Shown here: positions 33,827-43,487 of the stretch, one piece after another | Position numbering within the stretch: position 1 is the stretch's first letter | Layout: each line of letters begins with the position of its first letter | From: Actinotalea sp. | GTDB taxonomy: Bacteria > Actinomycetota > Actinomycetes > Actinomycetales > Cellulomonadaceae | DNA length: 61,408 nucleotides | Assembly: GCA_036504175.1 (NCBI GenBank) | Contig: DASXVR010000094.1 | Coordinates: 1-61,408 of the forward strand | Reading direction: 5' to 3' | Position numbers and translations under genes: made by a program | Notes under the pieces: model-generated | What the model was told of the DNA's origin: nothing | The model's database searches: none | What the model saw: the letters and a program-made list of their open reading frames with translations, nothing else

Positions 33827-34456
33827 GTGCCTGTGCTTGAGCTGGTCGGGTGGCTGGGGTCCGCGGTGCTCGTCACGTCGTTGCTGCAGACCCGGGTGAT
33901 GCGTTTCCGGGTGCTGAACACGGCCTCCTGCCTCGTGCTGATCGTCTACAACGCGCTCGTCGGCGTCTGGCCGATGGTCGCGATGAACGTCGTCCTGGTG
34001 GGCATCAACGTGGCGGTCATCGCCAAGCTGCTCCGCCACCGGCACGACGCGCGCTCCTACGAGGCAGTCCCCGTCGGTGTCACCGAGCCCTTCCTGCGTC
34101 AGCTCCTCGCCCGCCACGCCACGGACATCGCCGCGTTCAACCCGGACCTGCCTGCCGACGTCACGGCCCGCGCCGACCACGCCTTCCTGGTCAGCTCCGC
34201 GGACCAGGTCGTGGGCGTGGTCCTGTCGCGCGACGGCGACGAGCCGGGTGAGCAGCGCGTCCTGCTCGACTACGTGCTGCCTCCGTTCCGCGACTTCACG
34301 CCCGGGGAGTTCGTCTTCCGGCCCGACGGCCCGTTCGCCGCGCTGGGCACCACGCGCGTCGTGGCGTCGCCGGGCATGGCGGCCTCCGAGAAGTACCTGC
34401 GCACCGTCGGCTTCGTGGCCCGCGGGGACGAGCGCGTGCTGGAGCTCGCGCGCTGA
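33827..34456 (+). CDS. Membrane protein: YgjV-like N-terminal TM bundle plus soluble GNAT-like C-terminus
   Basis: GWLGSAVLVTSL....RFRVLN...L..YN...WP...N; C-terminal LDYVLPPFRDF.PG...YL..VGF. Confidence 0.65.
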   Translation: MPVLELVGWLGSAVLVTSLLQTRVMRFRVLNTASCLVLIVYNALVGVWPMVAMNVVLVGINVAVIAKLLRHRHDARSYEAVPVGVTEPFLRQLLARHATDIAAFNPDLPADVTARADHAFLVSSADQVVGVVLSRDGDEPGEQRVLLDYVLPPFRDFTPGEFVFRPDGPFAALGTTRVVASPGMAASEKYLRTVGFVARGDERVLELAR

Positions 34457-34496
34457 CCCACGCCTGACCGGGCGTTTCGCCGGGTGGGTCCCCGGA

Positions 34497-34886
34497 TCAG
34501 TCAGGTGGCCCGGTCACCACGTCGAGGCCGGCGAGGTCGGGCAGCGCGAGCCGGTCGCCGGCACGGCTGACGTCGCGGGTGGCGACGACTGCATCGACGG
34601 GCACCGCACCACCGATGTGCGGGAACAGCTCCCCGTCGACGTCGTCCCAGCGCACGGGTACGCCGGCCTGAGCCAGGGCGCCCTCGTCGATCACGAGGAG
34701 CACGAGGTCCTCGACCGGCACGTCACCGTAGAAGGCGTCGCCGACGCCGGTGAGCTGACGCGACGTCGAGGCGTGCACGAAGCCGACGTCCTCGACCCAC
34801 GCACCGCGGGTGGACCTGCGGTAGGCCCCGTCCTCGAGCGCGTCGAGCCAGTCGGTCCGCATCGCGAGGTGCAGCAGGGTGCCCAT
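34497..34886 (-). CDS. DUF952 family protein
   Basis: LLHLA...W...G.Y..ST......GFVHAST..QL.....FY...LVLLVID...VRWD...FPHIGG.VP..AV. Confidence 0.88.
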   Translation of the reverse strand: MGTLLHLAMRTDWLDALEDGAYRRSTRGAWVEDVGFVHASTSRQLTGVGDAFYGDVPVEDLVLLVIDEGALAQAGVPVRWDDVDGELFPHIGGAVPVDAVVATRDVSRAGDRLALPDLAGLDVVTGPPD

Positions 34887-34936
34887 GATGCGAGGCTAAC
34901 CAACCGCCGCTCCGGGGCGTCGTTACGATCGGGCGC

Positions 34937-36046
34937 GTGACGACCGACCGGGCAGGGCTCCCGCTACGCCCCGAGCTCCGCGGCCTCGAGCCCTACGGTG
35001 CGCCCCAGCTCGACGTGCCTGTGCTGCTCAACGTCAACGAGAACCCCTACCCGCCGTCCGCGGCGGTGGTCCGTGACATCGGTGCCGCAGCGCAGGAGGC
35101 GGCCCGGGGTCTGAACAGGTATCCCGACCGTGACTTCCCGGCCCTGCGTGCCGACCTGGCTGCCTACCTGCTGGCCGAGTCCGGGGTGGCCCTGGACGTC
35201 GACCAGATCTGGGCGGCGAACGGCTCGAACGAGGTGATGCTGCACCTCCTGCAGGCCTTCGGCGGCCCGGGCCGCACAGCGCTGTCGTTCGCGCCGACCT
35301 ACTCGATGTACCCCGCGTACGCGCGGGACACGTCCACCGCCTGGGTGGCCGGCCGACGCGCGGAGGACTTCACGCTGGACGTGCCCGGAGCACTGGCCGC
35401 CGTCCGCGAGCACGCGCCCTCCGTGATCCTGCTGGCGAGCCCGAACAACCCGACAGGCACGGCGTTGTCGCTCGCGGCCGTCGAGGCGGTGCTCGAGGCG
35501 GCAGCGGCCGTTCCCGGGGGCTGCGTCGTGGTCGTCGACGAGGCGTATGCCGAGTTCCGGCGCGCCGGTACACCGTCGGCCCTGGAGCTGCTGAGCCGCC
35601 ACCCCCACCTGGCGGTATCCCGCACGATGTCCAAGGCGTTCGGCCTCGCCGGGGCCCGCGTCGGCTACCTCGCTGCTTCCCCCGCGCTGGTGGACGCCCT
35701 GCGTGTGGTCCGGCTGCCTTACCACCTGTCGGCCGTGACCCAGGCTGTCGCGCGTGCCGCTCTCGCCCACTCCGCCGAGCTCATGGCGCAGGTCGGCGAG
35801 CTGCGTACCGAGCGCGACGCGACGGTGGCGTGGCTGCGGGCCCGTGGGCTCACGGTCGCGGACAGCGACGCGAACTTCGTCCTGTTCGGCCTGTTCGACG
35901 ACAGGCACCGGATCTGGGAGGGTCTGCTCGACCGGGGTGTGCTGATCCGTGAGGTCGGACCGCCCGGCTGGCTGCGCGTGTCGATCGGCACCGCGGCGGA
36001 GATGGCTGCCTTCAAGGCGGCCCTGGTGGAGGTTGGTGGACTGTGA
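34937..36046 (+). CDS. hisC: Histidinol-phosphate aminotransferase
   Basis: [54 protein letters not shown]. Confidence 0.96.
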   Translation: MTTDRAGLPLRPELRGLEPYGAPQLDVPVLLNVNENPYPPSAAVVRDIGAAAQEAARGLNRYPDRDFPALRADLAAYLLAESGVALDVDQIWAANGSNEVMLHLLQAFGGPGRTALSFAPTYSMYPAYARDTSTAWVAGRRAEDFTLDVPGALAAVREHAPSVILLASPNNPTGTALSLAAVEAVLEAAAAVPGGCVVVVDEAYAEFRRAGTPSALELLSRHPHLAVSRTMSKAFGLAGARVGYLAASPALVDALRVVRLPYHLSAVTQAVARAALAHSAELMAQVGELRTERDATVAWLRARGLTVADSDANFVLFGLFDDRHRIWEGLLDRGVLIREVGPPGWLRVSIGTAAEMAAFKAALVEVGGL

Positions 36047-36678
36047 GCGAGTCGGCGACGGGCTCTGGTACGGCGCCACGCGCCCGGACGGCACGGGTGG
36101 AGCGCACCACGTCCGAGTCGAGCGTGCTCGTCGAGGTCGACCTCGACGGGACGGGGAGGACCGAGATCTCGACGTCGGTGCCGTTCTACGACCACATGCT
36201 CACGGCCCTCGGCAAGCACTCGCTGATCGACCTGACGGTCCGGGCCACCGGAGACACGCACATCGACGTGCACCACACCGTCGAGGACGTCGCGATCGCC
36301 CTCGGCGAGGCGTTGCGGGAGGCGCTCGGCGACAAGGCCGGGATCGCGCGCTTCGGCGACGCCCTGGTCCCCCTGGACGAGGCGCTCGCCCAGGCGGTCG
36401 TCGACGTCTCCGGCAGGCCGTACCTGGTGCACTCCGGGGAGCCGGAGGGGCAGGAGTACCACCTGATCGGCGGTCACTTCACCGGTTCGCTCACCCGGCA
36501 CGTGCTGGAGTCCGTGGCGCACCACGCCGGGATCTGCATCCACATGCGAGTCCTCGCTGGCCGGGACCCCCACCACGTCGTCGAGGCGCAGTTCAAGGCC
36601 CTGGCGCGGGCGCTGCGTGCGGCGGTCGCTCCCGACCCACGTGTGCAGGGAGTCCCGTCGACCAAGGGCACGCTGTGA
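36043..36678 (+). CDS. hisB: Imidazoleglycerol-phosphate dehydratase
   Basis: [40 protein letters not shown]. Confidence 0.97.
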   Translation: MSESATGSGTAPRARTARVERTTSESSVLVEVDLDGTGRTEISTSVPFYDHMLTALGKHSLIDLTVRATGDTHIDVHHTVEDVAIALGEALREALGDKAGIARFGDALVPLDEALAQAVVDVSGRPYLVHSGEPEGQEYHLIGGHFTGSLTRHVLESVAHHAGICIHMRVLAGRDPHHVVEAQFKALARALRAAVAPDPRVQGVPSTKGTL

Positions 36679-37139
36679 CCGAACCCGTGCTGGCCCCGGC
36701 CGCACTCGTGCTGACCCAGGTCGCCGCTCCCGAGGGTCTGGCTGCGGCCTGCGCGATGAGCAAGGTCGACGTCGACTCGGTGCCGACCGAGATCGGTGCC
36801 GTCGCGGTGTGCCGTTCGCTGGAGCCGGGTGGGCCGGAGCGCGCCGCCGAGGTGATCTCCGGGCTCCTGCGCAACACCCCTGTGGTGCTGCTGACCCACC
36901 GCGACGGCCAGATGACGGCGACCCGCTGGGCCGAGGGGCGCCCGGGTGACGCCGTCTCGCCGCTGCTCATGCTCGACGGTGCCCCGGCCGTCGTCGAGGA
37001 GCTCCTCCTCGGGCAGACCGGTGCCGCGGACGTGCCCGGCATGGTCAGCTCGGTCGGGATGTCGCGCTGGCAGGCCACCCGCATCCTGGCGTCCGCCGCC
37101 CGGTCGGCCCGGCGGCGTCCGGGAAGGCCGGGCGAATGA
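36675..37139 (+). CDS. Hypothetical protein translationally coupled inside the his operon
   Basis: GTGA overlap with hisB and ATGA overlap with hisH; GC3-rich codon usage; no recognised motif. Confidence 0.75.
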   Translation: MTEPVLAPAALVLTQVAAPEGLAAACAMSKVDVDSVPTEIGAVAVCRSLEPGGPERAAEVISGLLRNTPVVLLTHRDGQMTATRWAEGRPGDAVSPLLMLDGAPAVVEELLLGQTGAADVPGMVSSVGMSRWQATRILASAARSARRRPGRPGE

Positions 37140-37777
37140 GCTCGCCGCGTGTCGTCGTGCTGGACTACGGCTTCGGCAACGTCCGCTCCGCCGTCCGCGC
37201 GCTGGAACGGGTCGGTGCCCAGGTCGAGCTCACCGCCGACGCCCACGCGGCCGCCGAGGCCGACGGGCTCGTCGTCCCGGGTGTGGGGGCGTTCGCAGCC
37301 GTCATGGCCGGGCTGCGAGCCGTGCGGGGGGACCAGATCATCGACAGGCGGCTCGCGGGCGGGCGGCCGGTGCTCGGCATCTGCGTCGGCATGCAGGTCA
37401 TGTTCGAGGCGGGTGAGGAGCACGGCACGCGCGCCGAGGGCCTCGGGGAGTGGCCCGGTGTCGTCGACAGGCTCGAGGCCCCCGTCGTCCCGCACATGGG
37501 CTGGTCACGGATCCAGGCGCCGGACGACAGCGTGCTGTTCGAGGGCCTGCACGAGGAGCGGTTCTACTTCGTGCACTCCTACGCCGCACGTACCTTCCCC
37601 GCGATCGGCGGCGGCCGCTTCACCGCGCCACGTGTGACGTGGGCCGAGCACGGTGGGCCGTTCGTGGCCGCCGTGGAGAACGGGCCGCTCGCGGCCACGC
37701 AGTTCCACCCCGAGAAGTCCGGCGACGCCGGCGCACAGCTGCTGGCCACCTGGGTCGCCGGCCTGAAGGGACACTGA
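37136..37777 (+). CDS. hisH: Imidazole glycerol phosphate synthase, glutaminase subunit
   Basis: [45 protein letters not shown]. Confidence 0.97.
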   Translation: MSSPRVVVLDYGFGNVRSAVRALERVGAQVELTADAHAAAEADGLVVPGVGAFAAVMAGLRAVRGDQIIDRRLAGGRPVLGICVGMQVMFEAGEEHGTRAEGLGEWPGVVDRLEAPVVPHMGWSRIQAPDDSVLFEGLHEERFYFVHSYAARTFPAIGGGRFTAPRVTWAEHGGPFVAAVENGPLAATQFHPEKSGDAGAQLLATWVAGLKGH

Positions 37778-38514
37778 TGAGCACCGCCCGCCGCCTCGAG
37801 CTGTTGCCTGCCGTCGACGTGGCCGGTGGCGAGGCCGTCCGCCTCGTCCAGGGTGCCGCAGGCTCGGAGACCTCCTACGGCGACCCGCTCCAGGCGGCGC
37901 TGGACTGGCAGGCCGGGGGAGCGGAGTGGATCCACCTCGTGGACCTCGACGCCGCCTTCGGCCGAGGGTCGAACGCCGCTCTGCTGGCCGACGTCGTCGC
38001 CGCCCTCGACGTCAAGGTTGAGCTGTCCGGTGGCATCCGCGACGACGACTCGCTGGAGCGCGCCCTCGCGACCGGCTGCCGCCGCGTGAACCTGGGGACG
38101 GCTGCGCTCGAGGACCCGAGGTGGACTGCGCGCGTGATCAGTGAGCGCGGCGACGCGATCGCCGTGGGGCTGGACGTCCGCGGCACCACGCTGGCCGCAC
38201 GCGGGTGGACCCGCGAGGGCGGTGACCTCTGGGAGGTGCTGGCGCGGCTGGACGACGCCGGGTGCGCGCGCTACGTCGTGACGGACGTGACCAAGGACGG
38301 CACGCTCAGGGGCCCGAACCTCGACCTGCTCCAGGAGGTGTGCCGCCGCACGGACGCACCCGTGGTGGCCTCGGGCGGCATCTCGAGCCTGCCGGACCTC
38401 GCCGCGCTCCGCACGCTCGTCCCGCTCGGTCTCGAGGGTGCGATCGTCGGGAAGGCGCTGTACGCGGGCGCCTTCACGCTTCCCGAGGCGCTCGACGTGG
38501 CGGGTCGGCCGTAG
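37777..38514 (+). CDS. priA: Bifunctional HisA/TrpF isomerase PriA
   Basis: [55 protein letters not shown]. Confidence 0.93.
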   Translation: MSTARRLELLPAVDVAGGEAVRLVQGAAGSETSYGDPLQAALDWQAGGAEWIHLVDLDAAFGRGSNAALLADVVAALDVKVELSGGIRDDDSLERALATGCRRVNLGTAALEDPRWTARVISERGDAIAVGLDVRGTTLAARGWTREGGDLWEVLARLDDAGCARYVVTDVTKDGTLRGPNLDLLQEVCRRTDAPVVASGGISSLPDLAALRTLVPLGLEGAIVGKALYAGAFTLPEALDVAGRP

Positions 38515-39267
38515 GTGGCGGCTCCCGAGGCCGGTCTCCGGTCGCTGCCCCCCACGTCGGCCTTCGCGGGCGACGACGGCAGAGCCGACCCCGCGCTCGC
38601 TGACGCGCTCCGACCGGACGGGGGCTCGCTCGAGGCGGTCGTCAGGGCGCTTGCGACGGCGCGCGTGCTCGTGCCGGTGACGGCCGAGCTGGAGCAGTGC
38701 GAGGTGGGTCCGCGGGGCCTCGCGGAGGACAAGCAGGCATCGGCAGGGGTGGCCGCCCTGCGCGCCCCCGACGGACGGACGGCGCTGCCCGTCTTCAGCA
38801 GCGTCGCCGCGCTCGCCGCCTGGAGCCCGCTGGCACGGCCGGTGCCCGCGATGGGTCCCGTCGCAGCGGCGTCGGCCCGGCACGAGGGTTGGGAGCTCAT
38901 GGTGGTGGACCCCGCGGGCGCCGCTGTCGTGGTGCCCCGGCCCGCGGTGGTGGCCCTCGCGGAGGGCCGGCCGTGGGAGGCCGCGGTGCGTGACGGGGCG
39001 GTGCGCTCCGACGTCCGGGAGGCGGTCCTGCGCGCCGCGCTCGCGGTCGAGCGGGTTCTCGCCGCCGAGGCGGTGCCCGGCACGCGTGCCGAGGTGGCTG
39101 TCGTGCTGGCGCTGCCGGCCGGTCTGGACCGGGCCGGGCTCGACGCCGTGGCGGCAGCGGTCGGTGCCTCGCTGGCCGCGGAGCCGCTGGTGGCGTCGGA
39201 GGTGGACTCCCTCGAGCTCCGCGTGGTGCTCGGCGACCCCTCGACGGAGGCCGGCGCCGGGGTGTGA
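38515..39267 (+). CDS. SseB family protein
   Basis: FAGDDGRADPAL, ARVLVPV, APDGRTALPVFSSV..L..W...ARPVP, VVDPAG. Confidence 0.82.
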   Translation: MAAPEAGLRSLPPTSAFAGDDGRADPALADALRPDGGSLEAVVRALATARVLVPVTAELEQCEVGPRGLAEDKQASAGVAALRAPDGRTALPVFSSVAALAAWSPLARPVPAMGPVAAASARHEGWELMVVDPAGAAVVVPRPAVVALAEGRPWEAAVRDGAVRSDVREAVLRAALAVERVLAAEAVPGTRAEVAVVLALPAGLDRAGLDAVAAAVGASLAAEPLVASEVDSLELRVVLGDPSTEAGAGV

Positions 39268-39273
39268 CCCCGG

Positions 39274-40038
39274 TCAGCCGGTGCAGGCAGTCGTCGGGGT
39301 GAACGCGCCGTCGTCTGCCAGCAGCGCCCGGAGCGTGCTCACCGGAACGATGAAGCTCTGCCCGGACGCGTTCTTCGCGTACACGACCCCGACCACCCGT
39401 CCGTCCTTGTCCAGGACCGCCGAGCCGGAGCTCCCGGGCTCGACGGCTGCGTCGGTCACCAGGACCTCGCCCAGGTTCGCGTTGAGCGGGTCGGTGGTGG
39501 ACCCGATGACCTGCCCGGTCGTCAGGGTCAGCACGCCGCCCTGCGGGTAGCCCACGACCGTCACCGAGTCCCCGCGCACCGGGTCGGTCGGGGCGAGCTC
39601 GGGGAACGTGGGCAGCGGCTCGGCCGTCCGCACCACTGCCAGGTCGGCGATCGCCGCCGTGCTCGCCGCCGTCACGTCGATGTCGCGACCGTCGTAGGTC
39701 GCGACCTGCAGATCAGCCGAGTCGGCCACCACGTGCTTGTTGGTGATCAGCGTCGTCGCGTCGATCGCGAAGCCGGAACCTGTCGACAGCGAGCTGCAGC
39801 CGACGTTGCGGATCCGGACCGCCATCCGCTGCACCGAGTCGAAGCCGTCGGGGGAGAGGTTCCCGGTCCCGCTGGGCTGGGGTGCCGGCGCCGAGGACGG
39901 CACGAAGTCGGTGACCGCCGGCCCAGGCATGCGGGGGAACTCGTCGACGGCCGCACACCCGCTGGCACCGAGGGCCACGAGCACGGCGACGGCCACGACC
40001 GCCGCGCGCCTGCGCCCAGCGGTCGGGCCGGCCGTCAT
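39274..40038 (-). CDS. Trypsin-like (S1C) serine protease lipoprotein without a PDZ domain
   Basis: Lipobox LGASGC; STGSGF, ITNKHVV (His), DLAVV (Asp), PGSSGS (Ser). Confidence 0.9.
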   Translation of the reverse strand: MTAGPTAGRRRAAVVAVAVLVALGASGCAAVDEFPRMPGPAVTDFVPSSAPAPQPSGTGNLSPDGFDSVQRMAVRIRNVGCSSLSTGSGFAIDATTLITNKHVVADSADLQVATYDGRDIDVTAASTAAIADLAVVRTAEPLPTFPELAPTDPVRGDSVTVVGYPQGGVLTLTTGQVIGSTTDPLNANLGEVLVTDAAVEPGSSGSAVLDKDGRVVGVVYAKNASGQSFIVPVSTLRALLADDGAFTPTTACTG

Positions 40039-40760
40039 CGGGAGAGCTCCTGCTGGAGCGCCGTGTTGGCGTCGGTTGCCGTGCGGCACAGCGCCTGCAC
40101 GTCGGTCCCGTAGCGCTCGAGCTCCGTCGGGTCGTACTGGTCGGCGTGCTGGAGGTAGCCGATCAGCTTGTCCTGCCCCTGGACGCACTGGTCGAGGGCC
40201 TTGGCCACCCGGCCGGCGGCGTCGGTGACGCGTTGCTGGTAGTCGACCAGCTGGCTCTGCACGGCCCGGTCGTCCCCGAGCTTCGCCTTCTCGTCGGCCA
40301 GCTCGATGATCCGCTCCTGTGCCGTGGACAGCTGGGCGCGCACGGCGTCGAGCTCGGACTGGGCTCCGGTCAGCTCGGCCCGCTTCTCGGCGAGGTCCTG
40401 GCCGAGCCCCTGCGAGGCAGCCAGGTACGTTCCCGCGCGCTGCTCCCAGGCTCGCGAGGTGCGGTAGAGCTGGACGGCTGCCGCAGACCCCGCCAGGGCG
40501 ACCACCAGCAGCAGCGCCACCGCCGAGCGCCGGGCGATCCTCCTGCCCCGACCGCTGCGCCTGCCCTGCTCCGACGACGGCGTGGAGGGTGTGTGCGCAG
40601 GGTCCGGCGCGCCTTGCGCCGTGTCCGGCGAGAGGTGCGCCAGGTCCGGCGAGGCGTCGGCCGGTCCGGGGGCGACATCGAACGGGTGGGTGACCGTCAG
40701 GCTCGGCTCGCCGAGGCGCCCGCTGTCGAGCGCCGGACCGTGAACCGTCGGGTCGGTCAT
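40035..40760 (-). CDS. Single-pass membrane or exported coiled-coil protein
   Basis: Disordered N-terminus, basic patch, TM AVALLLVVALAGSAAAV, long heptad region, two Cys. TATCCT lies 6 nt before the ATG at 40760. Confidence 0.8.
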   Translation of the reverse strand: MTDPTVHGPALDSGRLGEPSLTVTHPFDVAPGPADASPDLAHLSPDTAQGAPDPAHTPSTPSSEQGRRSGRGRRIARRSAVALLLVVALAGSAAAVQLYRTSRAWEQRAGTYLAASQGLGQDLAEKRAELTGAQSELDAVRAQLSTAQERIIELADEKAKLGDDRAVQSQLVDYQQRVTDAAGRVAKALDQCVQGQDKLIGYLQHADQYDPTELERYGTDVQALCRTATDANTALQQELSR

Positions 40761-40780
40761 GGCCCCAGGATAGGTGGCCC

Positions 40781-41224
40781 TCAGGACACCGCGCCGGTCC
40801 ACACCTCGCCCGGACCTTCACCCGGGCGGTCGGGGAACGGTGACGCCTCGCGGAACGCGAGCTGCAAGGAGCGGACCCCGTCGCGCAGGGAACGGGCGTG
40901 CTGGTTGCCGAGGTCGGGCGCTGACGCGGTCACCAGGGCAGCGAGTGCGGTGATGAGCTTGCGTGCCTCGTCGAGGTCGAGCAGGTCGGCTCCCCGCTGA
41001 CCTGGGGTGTCCTCGCCGAGGCCGCACTTGACCGCCGCAGCCGTCATGAGGTGGACGGCCGCGGTGGTGATGACCTCGACCGCCGCGACCTCGCCGATGT
41101 CGCGTGCGGCCGCACCGCTCCGGTCCTCGCCGCTCTGCTCGGCCTGTCCGGCCGGCTGGGACGGCTGGGACGACTCGGACGGCTGGGACGGCTCGGACGG
41201 GTGCTCGGAGTGCTCGGTGGGCAT
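40781..41224 (-). CDS. DUF1844 family protein
   Basis: RDIGEVAAVEVITTAAVHLMTAAAVKCGL...DLDEARKLITALA...LRDG.RSLQLAFREAS; divergent from infC; N-terminal PSQ/PSE repeats. Confidence 0.85.
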   Translation of the reverse strand: MPTEHSEHPSEPSQPSESSQPSQPAGQAEQSGEDRSGAAARDIGEVAAVEVITTAAVHLMTAAAVKCGLGEDTPGQRGADLLDLDEARKLITALAALVTASAPDLGNQHARSLRDGVRSLQLAFREASPFPDRPGEGPGEVWTGAVS

Positions 41225-41294
41225 GGGACGATCCTGCCATCGCCCTGGGCGCCCCCCGCACGGTCGGCCCCGCACGGGCGCCCATCAGCAGGGG

Positions 41295-41556
41295 TGCTAT
41301 CCTCCTTGAGACCGACTGGCGACTGTGGCGTGCCCGCGTGCGGGCCAAGCAGTCGCCGGTGCACAAGTGGAGCTGATCCCACCCAAGTCCCGACCGTCCG
41401 TGTGAGCGGACGACGGGGGCTGGGTCCCGGTCCGACGGTCGGCCGTACGCCCGAGTGGTGTGCTGGCAGGCCTGGCGTCGTGCTGCGATTCCCGCGGTGC
41501 GCACCTGTCGGACGTCAGGCCTCCGTGCGTGCTCAGCAGCGGAGGCCTTCTTCGTT
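41295..41556 (+). promoter_or_regulatory. Structured infC-rpmI-rplT leader (L20-leader-like) with an attenuator hairpin
   Basis: Extended -10 TGCTATCCT; stems 41315-25/41350-60 and 41381-92/41413-25; AAGTGGAG..TCCCACC junction; terminator AGGCCTCCG/CGGAGGCCT followed by TCTTCGTT. Confidence 0.7.
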
Positions 41557-41592
41557 GCTCGACGGATCCACGACGAGTACGAGGAGCAGCAC

Positions 41593-42732
41593 ATCAGCGA
41601 GCCCCGCATCAACGATCGGATCCGCGTCCCCGAGGTCCGCCTGGTCGGCCCCAACGGCGAGCAGGTCGGCATCGTCCGCGTGGAGGACGCCCTGCGACTG
41701 GCGCAGGAGGCCGACCTCGACCTGGTCGAGGTCGCTCCCGACGCCCGACCGCCGGTCTGCAAGCTCATGGACTTCGGCAAGTTCAAGTACGAGGCCGACA
41801 TGAAGGCCCGTGAGGCGCGCCGCAACCAGGCGAACACGGTCCTCAAGGAGATCCGCTTCCGCCTGAAGATCGACCCGCACGACTACGGGACGAAGAAGGG
41901 CCACGTCGAGCGCTTCCTCAAGGCCGGCGACAAGGTCAAGGTCATGATCATGTTCCGCGGTCGCGAGCAGTCGCGCCCGGAGATGGGCGTCCGCCTGCTC
42001 CAGCGGCTGGCCGACGACGTGGTCGAGCTCGGCTTCATCGAGAGCATGCCCAAGCAGGACGGGCGAAACATGATCATGGTGCTCGGGCCGACCAAGAAGA
42101 AGGCCGACGCCAAGGTCGAGCAGCGACGCCGCGCTCAGGAGACGGCGCCGACCGCGTCGGCCACCGCCCCGCAGGCGGACGAGGCTCCGGTCCTGACGGA
42201 GGCTCCGGCACCCGTCGCAGCCGAGGTCGCCGAAGCGGCAGTCGCCCCGGCACCCGCCGTCGCGACCGAGCAGGCTCCTGCTGCGCCCTCGGCGCCTGCG
42301 GCGCCCGCGCCTGCAGCGGCTGACCCCGAGGCCACCACGTCCGACGCACCCGTCAACGACGGATCGGCGACCGAGGTGGCCCAGGCGCCGGCAGCACCCG
42401 CGGCACCGGCGCAGCCGGCCGAGCCCGCGGCGCGTCCGGCACCGGCACGTCCGGCACCCGCTCGTCCCGCAGCGGCACGTCCGGCAGCGGCTCACCCGGC
42501 AGCGGCTCGCCCCGCGGCGGCCAGGCCCGCGGCGGCGGCGCGTCCCGCGTCGACCCCGGTGGCACCTGCCCCCGTGGCACCGGCCGCGAAGCCGGCAGCA
42601 GCACCAGCGACGCCGGCAGCGGCGAAGCCGGGCGCGGCCAAGCCCACCCCCGTCAAGCCGGCCCCCGCGGCCAAGCCGACGGCCAGGGCGAGCAAGACCC
42701 CAGGCTCGGCGGGAAGCGCCGAGCCTTCGTAA
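41593..42732 (+). CDS. infC: Translation initiation factor IF-3 (ATC start) with a long Ala/Pro-rich tail
   Basis: GAGGAG then ATC at 41593; [52 protein letters not shown]. Confidence 0.95.
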   Translation: MSEPRINDRIRVPEVRLVGPNGEQVGIVRVEDALRLAQEADLDLVEVAPDARPPVCKLMDFGKFKYEADMKAREARRNQANTVLKEIRFRLKIDPHDYGTKKGHVERFLKAGDKVKVMIMFRGREQSRPEMGVRLLQRLADDVVELGFIESMPKQDGRNMIMVLGPTKKKADAKVEQRRRAQETAPTASATAPQADEAPVLTEAPAPVAAEVAEAAVAPAPAVATEQAPAAPSAPAAPAPAAADPEATTSDAPVNDGSATEVAQAPAAPAAPAQPAEPAARPAPARPAPARPAAARPAAAHPAAARPAAARPAAAARPASTPVAPAPVAPAAKPAAAPATPAAAKPGAAKPTPVKPAPAAKPTARASKTPGSAGSAEPS

Positions 42733-42807
42733 CCGTGTGCGGGCCCACCGGCCCGCATGTGACCGTGTCGCCCTCCCCGGGGTGACCTGATGGAAGAGAG
42801 CACACCA

Positions 42808-43002
42808 GTGCCGAAGAACAAGACGCACAGTGGTGCGAAGAAGCGTTTCCGGATCACCGGGACGGGCAAGCTCATGCGCGAGCAGGCTGGCGCCCGCCAC
42901 CTGTTCGAGCACAAGTCGAGCCGCCGCACGCGCCGCCTCGCCTCCGACCAGGTCGTCTCGGCCGTCGACACCCCGAAGATCAAGAAGCTGCTCGGCAAGT
43001 GA
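42808..43002 (+). CDS. rpmI: 50S ribosomal protein L35
   Basis: [20 protein letters not shown]. Confidence 0.97.
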   Translation: MPKNKTHSGAKKRFRITGTGKLMREQAGARHLFEHKSSRRTRRLASDQVVSAVDTPKIKKLLGK

Positions 43003-43066
43003 TCGCCGTGGCGCGTACCCCGCGCCCCGGACTCACCTGTGAGCCCCGAAACGCAAGGAGCATCAC

Positions 43067-43450
43067 GTGGCACGCGTGAAGCGGGCGGTCAACGCCCAGA
43101 AGAAGCGCCGTACAACCCTCGAGCGCGCCAGCGGTTACCGCGGGCAGCGGTCGCGCCTCTACCGCAAGGCCAAGGAGCAGGTCACCCACTCCCTGGTCTA
43201 TGCCTACCGCGACCGGAAGGCCCGCAAGGGCGACTTCCGCAAGCTGTGGATCCAGCGGATCAACGCGGCCTCGCGTGAGCAGGGCCTGACGTACAACCGC
43301 CTGATCCAGGGCCTCAAGCTCGCCGGTGTCGAGGTGGACCGTCGCGTCCTGGCCGACATGGCCGTCAACGACGCGCCTGCGTTCAACGTCCTCGTCGCCG
43401 TGGCCAAGGCCGCGCTGCCGGCGGACGTCAACGCGCCGACCGCCGCCTGA
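43067..43450 (+). CDS. rplT: 50S ribosomal protein L20
   Basis: [42 protein letters not shown]. Confidence 0.98.
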   Translation: MARVKRAVNAQKKRRTTLERASGYRGQRSRLYRKAKEQVTHSLVYAYRDRKARKGDFRKLWIQRINAASREQGLTYNRLIQGLKLAGVEVDRRVLADMAVNDAPAFNVLVAVAKAALPADVNAPTAA

Positions 43451-43487
43451 GGCGCTGAGCCGTCCAGACGCACCGGACGCCCGGCCA

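Noticed and set aside
30463-34886. Genes between hisD and hisC as a genomic island
   Set aside because: No integrase, transposase, tRNA or flanking direct repeats, and no visible composition shift.
29084-38514. Missing hisF/hisI/hisG/hisE, and missing ftsA/ddl in the dcw cluster
   Set aside because: Split his clusters and absence of ftsA and ddl from dcw are normal in Actinobacteria; the his genes and ddl probably lie outside the window.
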